In this document: positions 1-9,862 of the stretch, piece by piece
Numbering within the stretch: the stretch's first letter is position 1
Layout of the letters: the number at the start of each line of letters is the position of its first letter
Assembly (NCBI GenBank): GCA_964496095.1
Contig: CAZBWU010000002.1
Span: 15,595-79,594, forward strand
Reading direction: 5' to 3'
Source of the DNA: an uncultured Gammaproteobacteria bacterium
GTDB taxonomy: Bacteria; Patescibacteriota; Patescibacteriia; Magasanikbacterales; GWA2-37-8
DNA: 64,000 nucleotides
The notes under the pieces: model-generated
Seen by the model: only the letters and a program-made list of their open reading frames with translations
Told to the model about the DNA's origin: nothing
Databases searched by the model: none
Translations under genes and position numbers: made by a program

Positions 1-977
1 CAAGCAAACGGTAACAGCCCGAGCCAAGCTAAAAATAACGATCGTCTATTATCGCAACCAAAGGCGCAACCAATTTCAAATAATAATAGTGGAAATACCA
101 GGGACCACAAAATCGGTAAAAACCATTTGGTAATAGTTAATAAATCTGTCTTAAAAACTTTTGCCAAAATAACATTACTTGACCAAAAATTACCATACGA
201 CAATTGACCAACTACAGATTTTAAATTTAATATTTCAGAATTAGGATTATCATAAATAATTGGTCCTACGATCTTAGCTTCCAAAAATTGTTTGCCATCT
301 AACAGTCTTTGTTCATTCGCAATATGTCGCCAACCATCTGCTCCATAAATTAAATCATGCGTAAGCGGTAAATAACTATGTAATAAAAAAGTTTGCAAAA
401 TCAAAAAGAGAATAATAATTGGGGTTTTTAATTTTGACCAAATTAACACTCCTAGTGTAAGCGTAGATAAAAAGAAAATAAAAATGTATTGTGGATTGAT
501 AACTTGCCATGGAGTTAAAATTGCATTTCCTGTACGCGAACTATAAAGCAAATAAAATCCATAACAAACTAAAATTAAAAAGGCTACGGATGCAAACCTG
601 ACTTTTAGTTTATCATTCTGAATGAAATGAAGAATCTTTCTGTCTTCAAGCTCTGTATCGGAAAGATCCCTCGTCCCCCGCTCTTCGCGAAGGGCGGGGT
701 CGCTCGGGATGACAGTTGACGCTATAATTCTTTTTGCCCACCTGGACAATAAGAAAAAAATCAATGCATTCAAAACAAAAATCCCAGCTAAAACCCAAAA
801 AGTTAAAGGCAAAAATAAAATAGCTACTCCAGCTACCCATCCCAAACTAAGAAAACTCGCAAATACTCCCAATATTCTACCATTAAAATTATTATCCAAA
901 CCAAACACTCTGACCAAGACGGCAGATACCCAATTTCCAACAATCAACAAGTAAACTGCAAAGAAAATAAACAACAT
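1..977 (-). CDS. Multi-pass membrane protein, 3' end beyond window; carries an in-frame palindromic repeat insertion
   Basis: Not in the ORF track because it has no stop in the window. Read manually from ATG 977: MLFIFFAVYLLIVGNW...HSYLPLTHDLIYGADGWRHIANE... is open to base 1 with many hydrophobic segments. Confidence 0.8.
   Translation of the reverse strand, partial: MLFIFFAVYLLIVGNWVSAVLVRVFGLDNNFNGRILGVFASFLSLGWVAGVAILFLPLTFWVLAGIFVLNALIFFLLSRWAKRIIASTVIPSDPALREERGTRDLSDTELEDRKILHFIQNDKLKVRFASVAFLILVCYGFYLLYSSRTGNAILTPWQVINPQYIFIFFLSTLTLGVLIWSKLKTPIIILFLILQTFLLHSYLPLTHDLIYGADGWRHIANEQRLLDGKQFLEAKIVGPIIYDNPNSEILNLKSVVGQLSYGNFWSSNVILAKVFKTDLLTITKWFLPILWSLVFPLLLFEIGCAFGCDNRRSLFLAWLGLLPFA
611..714. 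repeat. TGTCA...TGACA palindromic REP-like element, copy 1 (intragenic, in frame)
   Basis: tatcattctgaatgaaatgaagaatct...agatccctcg...cgctcgggatgaca. Confidence 0.85.
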
Positions 978-1075
978 AATTAAGTAAAGTATATAAAATT
1001 CAAAGGAAACAAACAAGCCCTAACCACTAGCAACAATTTATCCCCCTTCTACCAACAGGAATGCCACATTTTTTC

Positions 1076-1104
1076 TTGCCAAAAAAAACTGATTAGATTA
1101 AGAT
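1076..1104 (+). promoter_or_regulatory. Sigma70-type promoter of dnaB
   Basis: TTGCCA-17nt-TAAGAT followed by a short A-rich leader without SD. Confidence 0.5.
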
Positions 1105-1121
1105 ATACAAACACAAAAAAT

Positions 1122-2582
1122 ATGCCTCCTGACATTACTCAAATAGAAAAAGTTCAGCCTCAAAGCCTAGAAGCCGAAATGTCTCTTCTTGGCTCTGTTT
1201 TGCTTGATAAAGATGCGATGATTAAAATTGCGGACATTGTGCAGGCTGAAGATTTTTACAAAAATGCTAACGCTCAAATTTACGAAGCTATCGTTGAACT
1301 TTACCAAAAAAATGAACCGATTGACTTGCTTACTCTTAGTAATCGCCTTAATGAAAAAGGTCAATTAGAAAAAGCAGGCGGTCACAGCTATCTAGTATCG
1401 CTAACAAATACCGTACCAACCGCATCGCACGTTGTAAACTACGCCCACATTGTCCATAAAAAAGCGACTCGCCGAAGACTCTTAGGCGCCGCTCATGAAA
1501 TTTCCAAATTAGGCTACGACGAAAACGAAGAACTTGATACTCTGCTCGATCAAGCACAAAGAGAACTTTTTGGAGTTTCTCAAAACTACATGAAGCAGAC
1601 TTTTACTCCGATTCGTAGCGTACTTAATGAAGCGTTTGATAGAATTGACGAATTACACAAAAACAAAGGCCAAATGCGAGGCACACCAACTGGCTATCCT
1701 GACCTTGATAATCTTTTGGCCGGTTTGCAAAAATCAGATTTAATTATTCTAGCTGCTCGTCCGAGTGTGGGTAAAACTTCTTTTGCTCTAGATATTGTCC
1801 GCCACGTAGGAGTAAAAAATAAAACACCTGTAGGGCTCTTTTCTTTGGAAATGAGTAAAGAACAGCTAGTAGACCGCCTCCTCTGTTCTGAAGCCAACGT
1901 AGACCTCTGGAAGATGCGTACTGGACGATTGAGCGACAGACCTGAAGATGATGATTTCCCTCGTATTGGTCATGCGATGGGTGTACTTTCTGAAGCGCCA
2001 ATTTTTATTGATGATGCGCCAAACAACAATATCATGCAGATCCGTACCAAGGCTCGCCGTCTACAGATGGAACATGGCTTAGGGCTGATAGTTATCGACT
2101 ACTTGCAGCTCATGGAATCACGTGGAAGTTTGGAAAATCGTGTGCAAGAAGTTGCGGAAATCACTCGTGGTCTCAAAGGTATTGCACGTGAACTTAATAT
2201 TCCAGTAATGGCTCTATCACAGTTGTCTCGTACGGTAGAACAAAGCAAACCGGCTGTGCCAAAACTTTCTCACTTGCGTGAATCAGGGTCTATTGAACAG
2301 GACGCGGATGTGGTATTATTTATCTATCGTAAATCCGCCGACCGTAACTATCGCCCCGAAGATATTCCGCCTGATGAAAAAAATATTGCCGAAATCCATA
2401 TTGCCAAACACCGTAACGGTCCAACCGGCATGGTCCGAATGATCTTTGATGAACAGCGCGCTTCCTTCCGCAACATGACTACCCAATATACAGATCGTAT
2501 GGCTCCAGCTACCGCAGCACCTACTCTCAAACCAAAATCAGCGTTTAGTAACAACAGTGCCTTATCTGAACCACCAATGTAG
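1122..2582 (+). CDS. dnaB: Replicative DNA helicase
   Basis: PQSLEAEMSLLG N-terminus, AARPSVGKT Walker A, VIDYLQLM, LRESGSIEQDAD, AKHRNGP. Confidence 0.98.
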   Translation: MPPDITQIEKVQPQSLEAEMSLLGSVLLDKDAMIKIADIVQAEDFYKNANAQIYEAIVELYQKNEPIDLLTLSNRLNEKGQLEKAGGHSYLVSLTNTVPTASHVVNYAHIVHKKATRRRLLGAAHEISKLGYDENEELDTLLDQAQRELFGVSQNYMKQTFTPIRSVLNEAFDRIDELHKNKGQMRGTPTGYPDLDNLLAGLQKSDLIILAARPSVGKTSFALDIVRHVGVKNKTPVGLFSLEMSKEQLVDRLLCSEANVDLWKMRTGRLSDRPEDDDFPRIGHAMGVLSEAPIFIDDAPNNNIMQIRTKARRLQMEHGLGLIVIDYLQLMESRGSLENRVQEVAEITRGLKGIARELNIPVMALSQLSRTVEQSKPAVPKLSHLRESGSIEQDADVVLFIYRKSADRNYRPEDIPPDEKNIAEIHIAKHRNGPTGMVRMIFDEQRASFRNMTTQYTDRMAPATAAPTLKPKSAFSNNSALSEPPM

Positions 2583-2589
2583 CGGCCAA

Positions 2590-2684
2590 TGTCATTCTGA
2601 GCAAAGCGAAGAATCTTTCCGTTAGCAAAACTTTTTCTCGGAAAGATCCCTCGTCGACCTAAAAAGGCCTCGCTCGGGATGACA
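2590..2684. repeat. TGTCA...TGACA palindromic element, copy 2
   Basis: tgtcattctgagcaaagcgaagaatct...agatccctcg...cgctcgggatgaca. Confidence 0.9.
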
Positions 2685-2728
2685 ACGTTTTCTAAATTCA
2701 TAATTCATTATTTTTAATTCAAAAAAAT

Positions 2729-3031
2729 ATGTCCGTATTTTCAAAACTCAAACAGTTCAAAGATTTACGCGAACAAGGTAAAAAACTCCAGGGCGCTTTG
2801 GCTGGAGAATCAGCCACTGTAAATAATGGCGGTGTAGCTATAACTATGGATGGTAATTTTCAATTGACCGGAGTGGCAATTGACGAAGAACTACTAAACC
2901 CAAACAAAAAAGCAAAACTAGAAAATGCAATTAAAGACGCCCATGCCGACGCCCTCAAAAAAATGCAACGCATTATGGCTAGCAAGATGCAAGAAATGGG
3001 TGGCATGGAAAATTTATTTCCTAAAAATTAA
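2729..3031 (+). CDS. ybaB: YbaB/EbfC nucleoid-associated protein
   Basis: GGVAITMDGNFQLTGVAID signature, about 100 aa, directly upstream of recR. Confidence 0.9.
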   Translation: MSVFSKLKQFKDLREQGKKLQGALAGESATVNNGGVAITMDGNFQLTGVAIDEELLNPNKKAKLENAIKDAHADALKKMQRIMASKMQEMGGMENLFPKN

Positions 3032-3633
3032 TGTCTTACTCCCCCTCCATCCAAAATTTAATTAAGGCGTTTCGAAAACTTCCAACGGTCGGCCAAAGAA
3101 CGGCCGAACGTTTTGTTTTTTATCTTCTCAAATCTGGCAAAAAAGAAGTTGCGGAAATCACTCTGGCTCTCAAAGAACTGATAGACAACGTGAAGAGCTG
3201 TGAAATCTGCTGGGATTTTGCCGATCAAAGCCCTTGCGCTATTTGCAACAATAAAACTAGAGATCAAAATACAATTTGTATTATTAGCGAACCGCAAGAT
3301 ATCCAAGTCATCGAAGGCACTGGCGCTTATACCGGGTTGTACCATGTCTTACGCGGAGTACTAGAAGCTGGCGAAGAAGATTTGGGCAGGCTCAAAATAA
3401 AAGAGCTTTTTGAAAAATTAAAAAATAATACAAATATTACTGAACTTATCCTGGCGCTCAATCCTGATTTGTCAGGCGAAACCACCATGTTATTTTTGGA
3501 AAAAAATATAAAAATCAAATTTCCCAATCTCAAAGTGACACGACTCGCCCGAGGACTACCGATGGGAAGTGACTTGCAATATGCAGATGAGATTACTTTG
3601 GGTAGTGCGATAAAAAATAGGACTATTAAATAA
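3031..3633 (+). CDS. recR: Recombination mediator RecR
   Basis: LPTVGQRTAER HhH, C4 zinc finger, TOPRIM region, LARGLPMGSDLQYAD. Confidence 0.97.
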   Translation: MSYSPSIQNLIKAFRKLPTVGQRTAERFVFYLLKSGKKEVAEITLALKELIDNVKSCEICWDFADQSPCAICNNKTRDQNTICIISEPQDIQVIEGTGAYTGLYHVLRGVLEAGEEDLGRLKIKELFEKLKNNTNITELILALNPDLSGETTMLFLEKNIKIKFPNLKVTRLARGLPMGSDLQYADEITLGSAIKNRTIK

Positions 3634-3653
3634 TCATTCATTAAAATATAAAT

Positions 3654-4040
3654 ATGAGTGCAGAAGGAAGACCAGCTAGAGAAACCAGAACTTTAAACTC
3701 AAGAAAAAGCCGGGAAATAAAGAGGGAGCTTGGAGCAAGGTTTGTAACAGATCTCGCTATTGCCTTAAGTAGTGTAATTTACAAAGACAAAAAACTTCCT
3801 TCTGATACTTCCTGCACATCTTGTGCCTTTATTTCTGAAGCACTCACAAAATTAGCATACGATCTCAATGATCTCTCTGAACAAGAAAAACAAGAAATTA
3901 AAACAAGTCCCGGTGCAATACAAAGCTGGTTAGAAGGTAGAACTAATCCAACACCTGAAAAGTTTACAGCTATCAGGCAACTACTTATAAAAATTAAAGC
4001 CCCAGAAGAATTAATTCCTAAAGAAAATCTCTTTCAATAA
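3654..4040 (+). CDS. Hypothetical protein with a possible XRE-type HTH at the C-terminus
   Basis: SPGAIQSWLEGRTNPTPEK resembles an XRE recognition helix. Confidence 0.5.
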   Translation: MSAEGRPARETRTLNSRKSREIKRELGARFVTDLAIALSSVIYKDKKLPSDTSCTSCAFISEALTKLAYDLNDLSEQEKQEIKTSPGAIQSWLEGRTNPTPEKFTAIRQLLIKIKAPEELIPKENLFQ

Positions 4041-4058
4041 AAAATAAAGGGAAAGAAC

Positions 4059-4089
4059 CAAAAAACCCGCCTTTACAGCGGGTTTTTTG
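4059..4089. terminator. Bidirectional intrinsic terminator
   Basis: caaaaaacccgc-loop-gcgggttttttg between convergent genes. Confidence 0.85.
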
Positions 4090-4107
4090 TTTTAAATTTT
4101 GAAAATA

Positions 4108-4413
4108 TTACGCAATCTTTACCAAGCTGAATCTTTGTCTTTGACCTCTTACTTTGTGGTAACGAACTTTGCGTTTAAATTTCTCTACGCGCAAGGTGCG
4201 TTCTTTGCCTTGTTTTTCTAAAGTGGCGGAGATAGTCACACCCTCAAGAAAAGGTTGACCGATTTTAACATCACTACCGTCATCTTTGGCAGTTAATAAA
4301 ACTTGATCAAAAACAACTTTCTCACCTTCAACAACAGGTAATTTTTCTATTTTTAGAGTTTCTCCGGTCTTAACCAGATATTGTTTTCCGCCGGTGGCAA
4401 TTACTGCGAGCAT
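4108..4413 (-). CDS. rplU: 50S ribosomal protein L21
   Basis: AVIATGGKQYLV...KIEKL...GQRQRF. Confidence 0.97.
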   Translation of the reverse strand: MLAVIATGGKQYLVKTGETLKIEKLPVVEGEKVVFDQVLLTAKDDGSDVKIGQPFLEGVTISATLEKQGKERTLRVEKFKRKVRYHKVRGQRQRFSLVKIA

Positions 4414-4460
4414 ATAATGAATTATGAAGACGAATTAAGAATAATGATAATAGTGTGCGT

Positions 4461-4489
4461 AGTATATGCTAAAGATTAATTTTTGTCAA
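4461..4489 (-). promoter_or_regulatory. Sigma70 promoter of rplU
   Basis: TTGACA-17nt-TATACT on the minus strand. Confidence 0.75.
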
Positions 4490-4544
4490 CCCTGTTAAAT
4501 GCCCCTTTGGGGCAAACCCGATATATTCGGGTTATTTAACAGGG
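4490..4544. mobile_element. Miniature CCCTGT...ACAGGG inverted-repeat element with TCAA flanks
   Basis: Ends ccctgttaaat/atttaacaggg, two internal hairpins, TCAA on both sides. Confidence 0.6.
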
Positions 4545-4581
4545 TCAACCCAAAGATACTCCCAAAACCAGCTTAAAATAC

Positions 4582-5052
4582 TTAATCCGTGATTACTTGT
4601 AGCTCATCCCCTATTTTAACACCTGTCCGCTCCATAAACCCAGCTGGAACCTCCAAAACAAGAGTAGCTTCGGCACGTGGCTTGTATACCACCAGCTTTT
4701 CCTCTGGCACATGCATTTCTGGCGGTAAATTAGGGGCAATATCTACAATTGTATTATTATATAACCAAATTATATCAAGCGGAAAGTGCATGTCTCGCAT
4801 AACCATAGCATACCTATCACTAGTCGGAAAGACAAACAGCATGCCACCATACTTGCCCATATCTTTTCTATCGCTCCAGCCTTTGAATCTATGATTGGGA
4901 GTGTCGGCCACCAGAACATACAATTTCTGGTTGCCGATTTTTATAGTGGCCTTTGTCCAAATGGCACCATAGATTCTATAGCCAATAGAAATAACTACAA
5001 GAATTGCGATTAGTACCAGATGCCAAGTTTTAAATGTTTTTTTTTCTTGCAT
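4582..5052 (-). CDS. DUF192 family protein with N-terminal TM
   Basis: VADTP...GMLFVF...MRDMHFPLDIIW...VLEVPAG. Confidence 0.9.
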   Translation of the reverse strand: MQEKKTFKTWHLVLIAILVVISIGYRIYGAIWTKATIKIGNQKLYVLVADTPNHRFKGWSDRKDMGKYGGMLFVFPTSDRYAMVMRDMHFPLDIIWLYNNTIVDIAPNLPPEMHVPEEKLVVYKPRAEATLVLEVPAGFMERTGVKIGDELQVITD

Positions 5053-5061
5053 ATAAATAAA

Positions 5062-6069
5062 CTAAACTTTCTTTCGTCCAATCAAATGACTAACTATTGC
5101 CATTAAAATTACTAAAAACAATAAAGCGTAAAATTTTTGTAAACTTTGTAAAAACAAGGTGCTCAGACCAAATAAAATTGCCATAAAATATAAAAGACCA
5201 ACTGCTTGCCTCTGACTAAATCCGCCGTCCACCAAACGAAAATGAAGGTGTTCACGGTCGCCAGTAAAAATAGGCTGCCCTCGACGGACTCTTATATATA
5301 TTACACGAATTAGGTCAAAAACGGGAATAGCCATCACTAGTAGCGCAGTCGCAAGTTTTCCACCACCGACAATCGCCAATACCCCAATCATAAACCCGAG
5401 CAACATACTACCACTCTCTCCTAAAAATATTTTGGCTGGATAGAAATTAAAAACCAAAAATCCTAAACATACTCCCAAAAAAATAAGCGCAACCAAACTA
5501 ACATTGGGTTGATAAAATTTGGTAATGGAAGTGAGTAGATATATAACAAACGCGCCAATAGCTACCACTCCTGTCGCTAGACCGTCCAGGCCATCTAAAA
5601 TTTTTACCGTATAAGTCGTGCCCATCAACCAAAAAAATACCAAAATACCCCCAAGCATATTTCCAAACTCAATATAACCGCCAAAAGGGTTTGTAATTTT
5701 ACTAATCCACGGAACAAAAAGAGCTGAGATCATAATAGCAATTACTACAAATAACAAACGCACTTTGGCTGACATAGGCCTAATATCATCCGCTATGCCA
5801 ACAAGCAACATAATAACGGAAGAAATCAGCGCCACCATTAAAAAATCTTGAATTCGCTCTATTCCTCTAATAGGATGAAAAATAAGCAAAAATAAAATTA
5901 CTGCCCAAAAGGATAAAAAAATTGACACCCCGCCAAGCAGGGCCACAGGCTTGTCGTGTAAATGCCTACCGCCATCTGGCCGATCGACAATACTTAACTT
6001 CAAAGCCACCTTTCTAACTAGAAAAGTTGATATGAGTGATAATAAAAAAGCGATTAGAAAATAAAACAT
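5062..6069 (-). CDS. MraY/WecA-family undecaprenyl-phosphate sugar-1-phosphate transferase
   Basis: GIADD, DGLDGLA, FNFYPAKIFLGESGS, DREHLHFRL; polytopic. Confidence 0.92.
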   Translation of the reverse strand: MFYFLIAFLLSLISTFLVRKVALKLSIVDRPDGGRHLHDKPVALLGGVSIFLSFWAVILFLLIFHPIRGIERIQDFLMVALISSVIMLLVGIADDIRPMSAKVRLLFVVIAIMISALFVPWISKITNPFGGYIEFGNMLGGILVFFWLMGTTYTVKILDGLDGLATGVVAIGAFVIYLLTSITKFYQPNVSLVALIFLGVCLGFLVFNFYPAKIFLGESGSMLLGFMIGVLAIVGGGKLATALLVMAIPVFDLIRVIYIRVRRGQPIFTGDREHLHFRLVDGGFSQRQAVGLLYFMAILFGLSTLFLQSLQKFYALLFLVILMAIVSHLIGRKKV

Positions 6070-6072
6070 AAA

Positions 6073-8847
6073 CTATTCTACCGACATCATCCCTCCAGCT
6101 CCAACCGTCACCGTACTACCCCTTCTCAGTTTACCTTGCAATAACAATTCTGCCAATTTGTTTTCTACTTTCTCCTGTAAAGCCCTACGCATAGGTCTGG
6201 CACCAAACTCGGCATCAAAACCAACATCAACCAAAAATTCTAAGGCTTCATCGGTCGCTACCAAAGTCACGCCTTTTTCTTCAATATTTTTGGCAAGCTT
6301 CAAAAACATTTGGTTGGCGATTTTTTTGATACCATCTCTGTCCAAATCATTAAATAAAACAATACCATCAAACCGGTTCAAAAATTCCGGACGATAATAT
6401 TGTTTGAGTTCACCGTGAAGAAGTTGATTGAGAACTTTTTCATGCGGAACGCCATTTCGGTTTTGCTCTTGCACAAAGGCTGTGCCGGCATTGGAAGTAG
6501 CAATGATAATGACATTGGTGAAATCATAGACATGACCCGTACTGTCGCTCAACCGGCCATCATCCATAACTTGCAAAAATAAATTCAAAATATCAGGATC
6601 AGCTTTTTCCATTTCATCCAAGAGTACGAGTGAAAATGGATTCTGACGTATAGCTTCGGTCAGCACCCCGCTCGCCTTTTCTCCTGGCATACCAATAAGC
6701 CGATAAATACTAGACTTGTCTTGGTATTCACTCATATCTAGGCGAATCATACGATCTTCTCCGCCAAAATAAATATCAGCGATAGTTTTGGCAAGTTCGG
6801 TTTTACCTACACCAGTTGGACCCAAAAATAAAAAGCTAGCAATTGGCCGTTTGCCCGAACGAATCTCGGCTCTCGCTCTACGCAAGGCATTGGCTACGGC
6901 ACTCACGCCTTCTTCTTGACCAATCACGCGCTTGCGCATTTCTTCTTCTAGGTGCATTAATTTTTCTGATTCATTACTAGATATTGCCGACAAAGGAATC
7001 TTTGTTTTTTCGGTAATAACAGTGGCCACTTCTTCTTTAGTCACTAGAGAATTAGCGCCTTTGGTATTATGAGTAAGGCTCGCAGCTTCGGTAATAATCT
7101 CCAGCGCATTGCCAGGCAAAACTGTTTCATGCAAAAATTTCATGGAAAATTCTACCGCTTTTTCTATAGCCGAGTAAGAGAAAAAAACATTTTGTTTATA
7201 CTCCAAAGAACCAACTCTTGATTCCAAAACTTGAATAGCCTGATCTTCGTTCATCTCGGCAATATTTACTTTGGTAAAGACATCTTTGAGCGAAGAATTT
7301 GAAAAACGTCCGGCATAATCTTCGGTAGTAGTGGTAGCAATAGTAAGCACCTTATCACTACGCAAAAATTCAGCGATAGTATCGGCCATATCAAGACTAC
7401 CACTCTCACCGACCGACACACCCACAAGCTCATGCAAATTATTGATAAATAAAATCACATTTCGCGCTCGAGAAATCTCTTGCATGATAGATTGCAATCT
7501 CTCCACCGCTCCCTCGGGGCTTGTGCCGGCGAGCAAAGCCGAACTGCTAAGCCTAATCAATCTTTTATCTTTAAGTTTACTTGGCACATCTCCAGAGATC
7601 ATACTTTGAGCAATTCCCTCTACAATCGTTTTTTTACCCACCCCATGCTCGCCTACCAAAATCACATTATTTTGGCCACCATCAATTACTTGGAAAATCT
7701 GATCTATCTCAGCGGTACGAGCCACACATTCTTCTAGTTGGCCAAAATGAGCCATCATCGTAATATCAGAACTAAAACTATTTAAGTACGGTGTCGCTAG
7801 AGCAGTCATCGCTTTATCCATGCCATACTTGGAATGATGACTGATAGCCTTTTGCATTTTGAGGTACTCATGATGAAAACGTTCACGCATTCTCGCCCAC
7901 TCAATCACATTAGTCAGCTGTCTTTCGGAAATATCAAAATCAAACAACATGTCTTGCAAAGCAGGAGTTTCTCGCAATACTACAATCAATAACTCAGTCA
8001 CACTCACATAATCCTGCCGAGCCAAACAGGCTTCTTCGTAGGCTTGGAAAATTATTTGGTGAATATCTTTAGATACTATTGGCGACACACCATCATAAGC
8101 TTTTTGCTTATCAACCATTGGGAAAATATGCTCTAATTCTTTTTGCAAAGAACTAGCCGGAATTCCAAGTCTAATAAAAATATTGGAAATTCTATTAAAT
8201 GACAATAGTGTATAAAATATATGTTCAGGTTTTAATTCTTTGACTCTCATTTTATCAGCCAAACCATAGCTCTTAGCTAGAGCTGTCAAAGCTTCTTCAG
8301 TAAAAGCATTGGCAATATTAAATTTTTTTCTGCCAGAAAATTTTTTCGCTTGTGCCCAAGAATCTACAACCGCATCTGCCTTTTTCTCTTTATGTTGATA
8401 ATCATGTTTGAATGTTTCCATTTTACCCACAGATTCTTTCTTACGGATAATTTGATACCAAAGATATAGGATTGATAAGACACCTAACCAAAATAAAAAT
8501 TCTGCCCAATTATTTATTCCCTTAAAAAACAAAGACCATTGTTTCGGATCTGCTAATAAAGCAAACTTATCTTGCTTGAAAATAATAAACCCAGCCCAAA
8601 TCCAAGCGTTGAGCCAAAAGACAAAAGTTGTCACCATTCTTACGCGTTTCAAAATTCTACGCGCTTTTTGCAAAGCCAGATTATATTTGGTGAGCGAAAA
8701 ATCCCAATACAACCATAACCCACGCCTAGACATACCAAAAGCCATACTTTGACACTCTTTACATTTTCGGAGTTTGACAAAGCCTGTGCCTTGGCAGGTT
8801 TCACAAAAAAGTAATTTTAATGATTCTGATTTTTTAAATTGCTGCAT
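6073..8847 (-). CDS. Membrane-anchored Clp/Hsp100-family AAA+ ATPase
   Basis: N-terminal CxxCxGxG...CxxC, two TM helices, Clp-N repeats; NBD2 GPTGVGKT/LLDEMEKA, RPEFLNRFD, FGARPMRR. Start placed at MQQFKK. Confidence 0.9.
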   Translation of the reverse strand: MQQFKKSESLKLLFCETCQGTGFVKLRKCKECQSMAFGMSRRGLWLYWDFSLTKYNLALQKARRILKRVRMVTTFVFWLNAWIWAGFIIFKQDKFALLADPKQWSLFFKGINNWAEFLFWLGVLSILYLWYQIIRKKESVGKMETFKHDYQHKEKKADAVVDSWAQAKKFSGRKKFNIANAFTEEALTALAKSYGLADKMRVKELKPEHIFYTLLSFNRISNIFIRLGIPASSLQKELEHIFPMVDKQKAYDGVSPIVSKDIHQIIFQAYEEACLARQDYVSVTELLIVVLRETPALQDMLFDFDISERQLTNVIEWARMRERFHHEYLKMQKAISHHSKYGMDKAMTALATPYLNSFSSDITMMAHFGQLEECVARTAEIDQIFQVIDGGQNNVILVGEHGVGKKTIVEGIAQSMISGDVPSKLKDKRLIRLSSSALLAGTSPEGAVERLQSIMQEISRARNVILFINNLHELVGVSVGESGSLDMADTIAEFLRSDKVLTIATTTTEDYAGRFSNSSLKDVFTKVNIAEMNEDQAIQVLESRVGSLEYKQNVFFSYSAIEKAVEFSMKFLHETVLPGNALEIITEAASLTHNTKGANSLVTKEEVATVITEKTKIPLSAISSNESEKLMHLEEEMRKRVIGQEEGVSAVANALRRARAEIRSGKRPIASFLFLGPTGVGKTELAKTIADIYFGGEDRMIRLDMSEYQDKSSIYRLIGMPGEKASGVLTEAIRQNPFSLVLLDEMEKADPDILNLFLQVMDDGRLSDSTGHVYDFTNVIIIATSNAGTAFVQEQNRNGVPHEKVLNQLLHGELKQYYRPEFLNRFDGIVLFNDLDRDGIKKIANQMFLKLAKNIEEKGVTLVATDEALEFLVDVGFDAEFGARPMRRALQEKVENKLAELLLQGKLRRGSTVTVGAGGMMSVE

Positions 8848-9187
8848 ATATAAGTCCGTAAAAAACAACTATCGGCAGAACTAACCAGATTAAAAATAAA
8901 ATTGAACAAAAAATTAACCAAAGAAAAAGTCCGAAAATACGAACTATAATTTGCACTAATCTGACAAAAAAACTGATAACTCGTCCTTGAAAATCAAACT
9001 GGCCATACATTGGCACAAACAGATTGGCCAACCACAAACCCGGAGCCAGGCTTTCATTACCCGTTTTGAGCAGACTAAAACATTGGCGCAAAGCATAGAG
9101 AATGCCCTTGCTATACCACCAAAGAGGAAAATAAAAAATATCAATAACAGATTCCAAAAGTAAATGCTGGAAAATAAGAATACCCAT
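8834..9187 (-). CDS. Small membrane protein overlapping the Clp ATPase start
   Basis: YFPLWWY...LFVPMYGQFD...ISFFVR; hydrophobic. Confidence 0.8.
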   Translation of the reverse strand: MGILIFQHLLLESVIDIFYFPLWWYSKGILYALRQCFSLLKTGNESLAPGLWLANLFVPMYGQFDFQGRVISFFVRLVQIIVRIFGLFLWLIFCSILFLIWLVLPIVVFYGLIYAAI

Positions 9188-9302
9188 AATAGTTTTTATT
9201 ATACCATAAAAATGAAATTGTGCCGACTTTATTTATCCAAAGCTTGACGCAGTAATCCATCTATGTTAAATAAACTTCCAGGCCTAAAGGAGGGCCACTA
9301 CT

Positions 9303-9722
9303 ATGACGACTCATGACTGGAGAAAGCGCACGTCGGAGGGCGAGAAGCAACGACTGATCGGCAGGGCGTGGGGGTCGGTGGTGGGCACCTACCTCTGGTA
9401 CGAGATCGGGGAACGCGATCAGATCGTTCGCGAGCGGCCGAACATCATCGCCAACTGCTTCACCGATCACGTGGTGGTGCCCGGTGACATCGAGTGTCAC
9501 CGCAGCAAGTACCTCGCGGGCAACCCATGGCTCCTGCGACTGCGCGGCGGCAATCTCATCTTGCACCCCTCGCTGATCTGGGGGGGAGCAAGGCGCTACT
9601 GCCCGCTCTACCAGATCGGGCACGTGGTCGAGAGCAAGTGCGTGGACGACTGCCTCAACTTCTGGCAACGGATGGACGTCAACGCTCGCGCCGGCGGGCA
9701 CAGCCACAGCGACGACATCTGA
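9303..9722 (+). CDS. Hypothetical protein in a GC-rich cassette
   Basis: Preceded by a TTGACG promoter-like site (9244) and SD AAGGAGGG; strongly G/C-ending codons. Confidence 0.7.
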   Translation: MTTHDWRKRTSEGEKQRLIGRAWGSVVGTYLWYEIGERDQIVRERPNIIANCFTDHVVVPGDIECHRSKYLAGNPWLLRLRGGNLILHPSLIWGGARRYCPLYQIGHVVESKCVDDCLNFWQRMDVNARAGGHSHSDDI

Positions 9723-9862
9723 TCATGCCCTTCGGGGCCAGATCCGCGAGCGGCTCGGGCGCACCATACGACCCGACCACCGCTCAGATCCCAGACCCGA
9801 GCCGTTCACGCAATCTAATAATTAATTTGTTAAATTGCGCGAGCTCGGATCTGTATATAATT

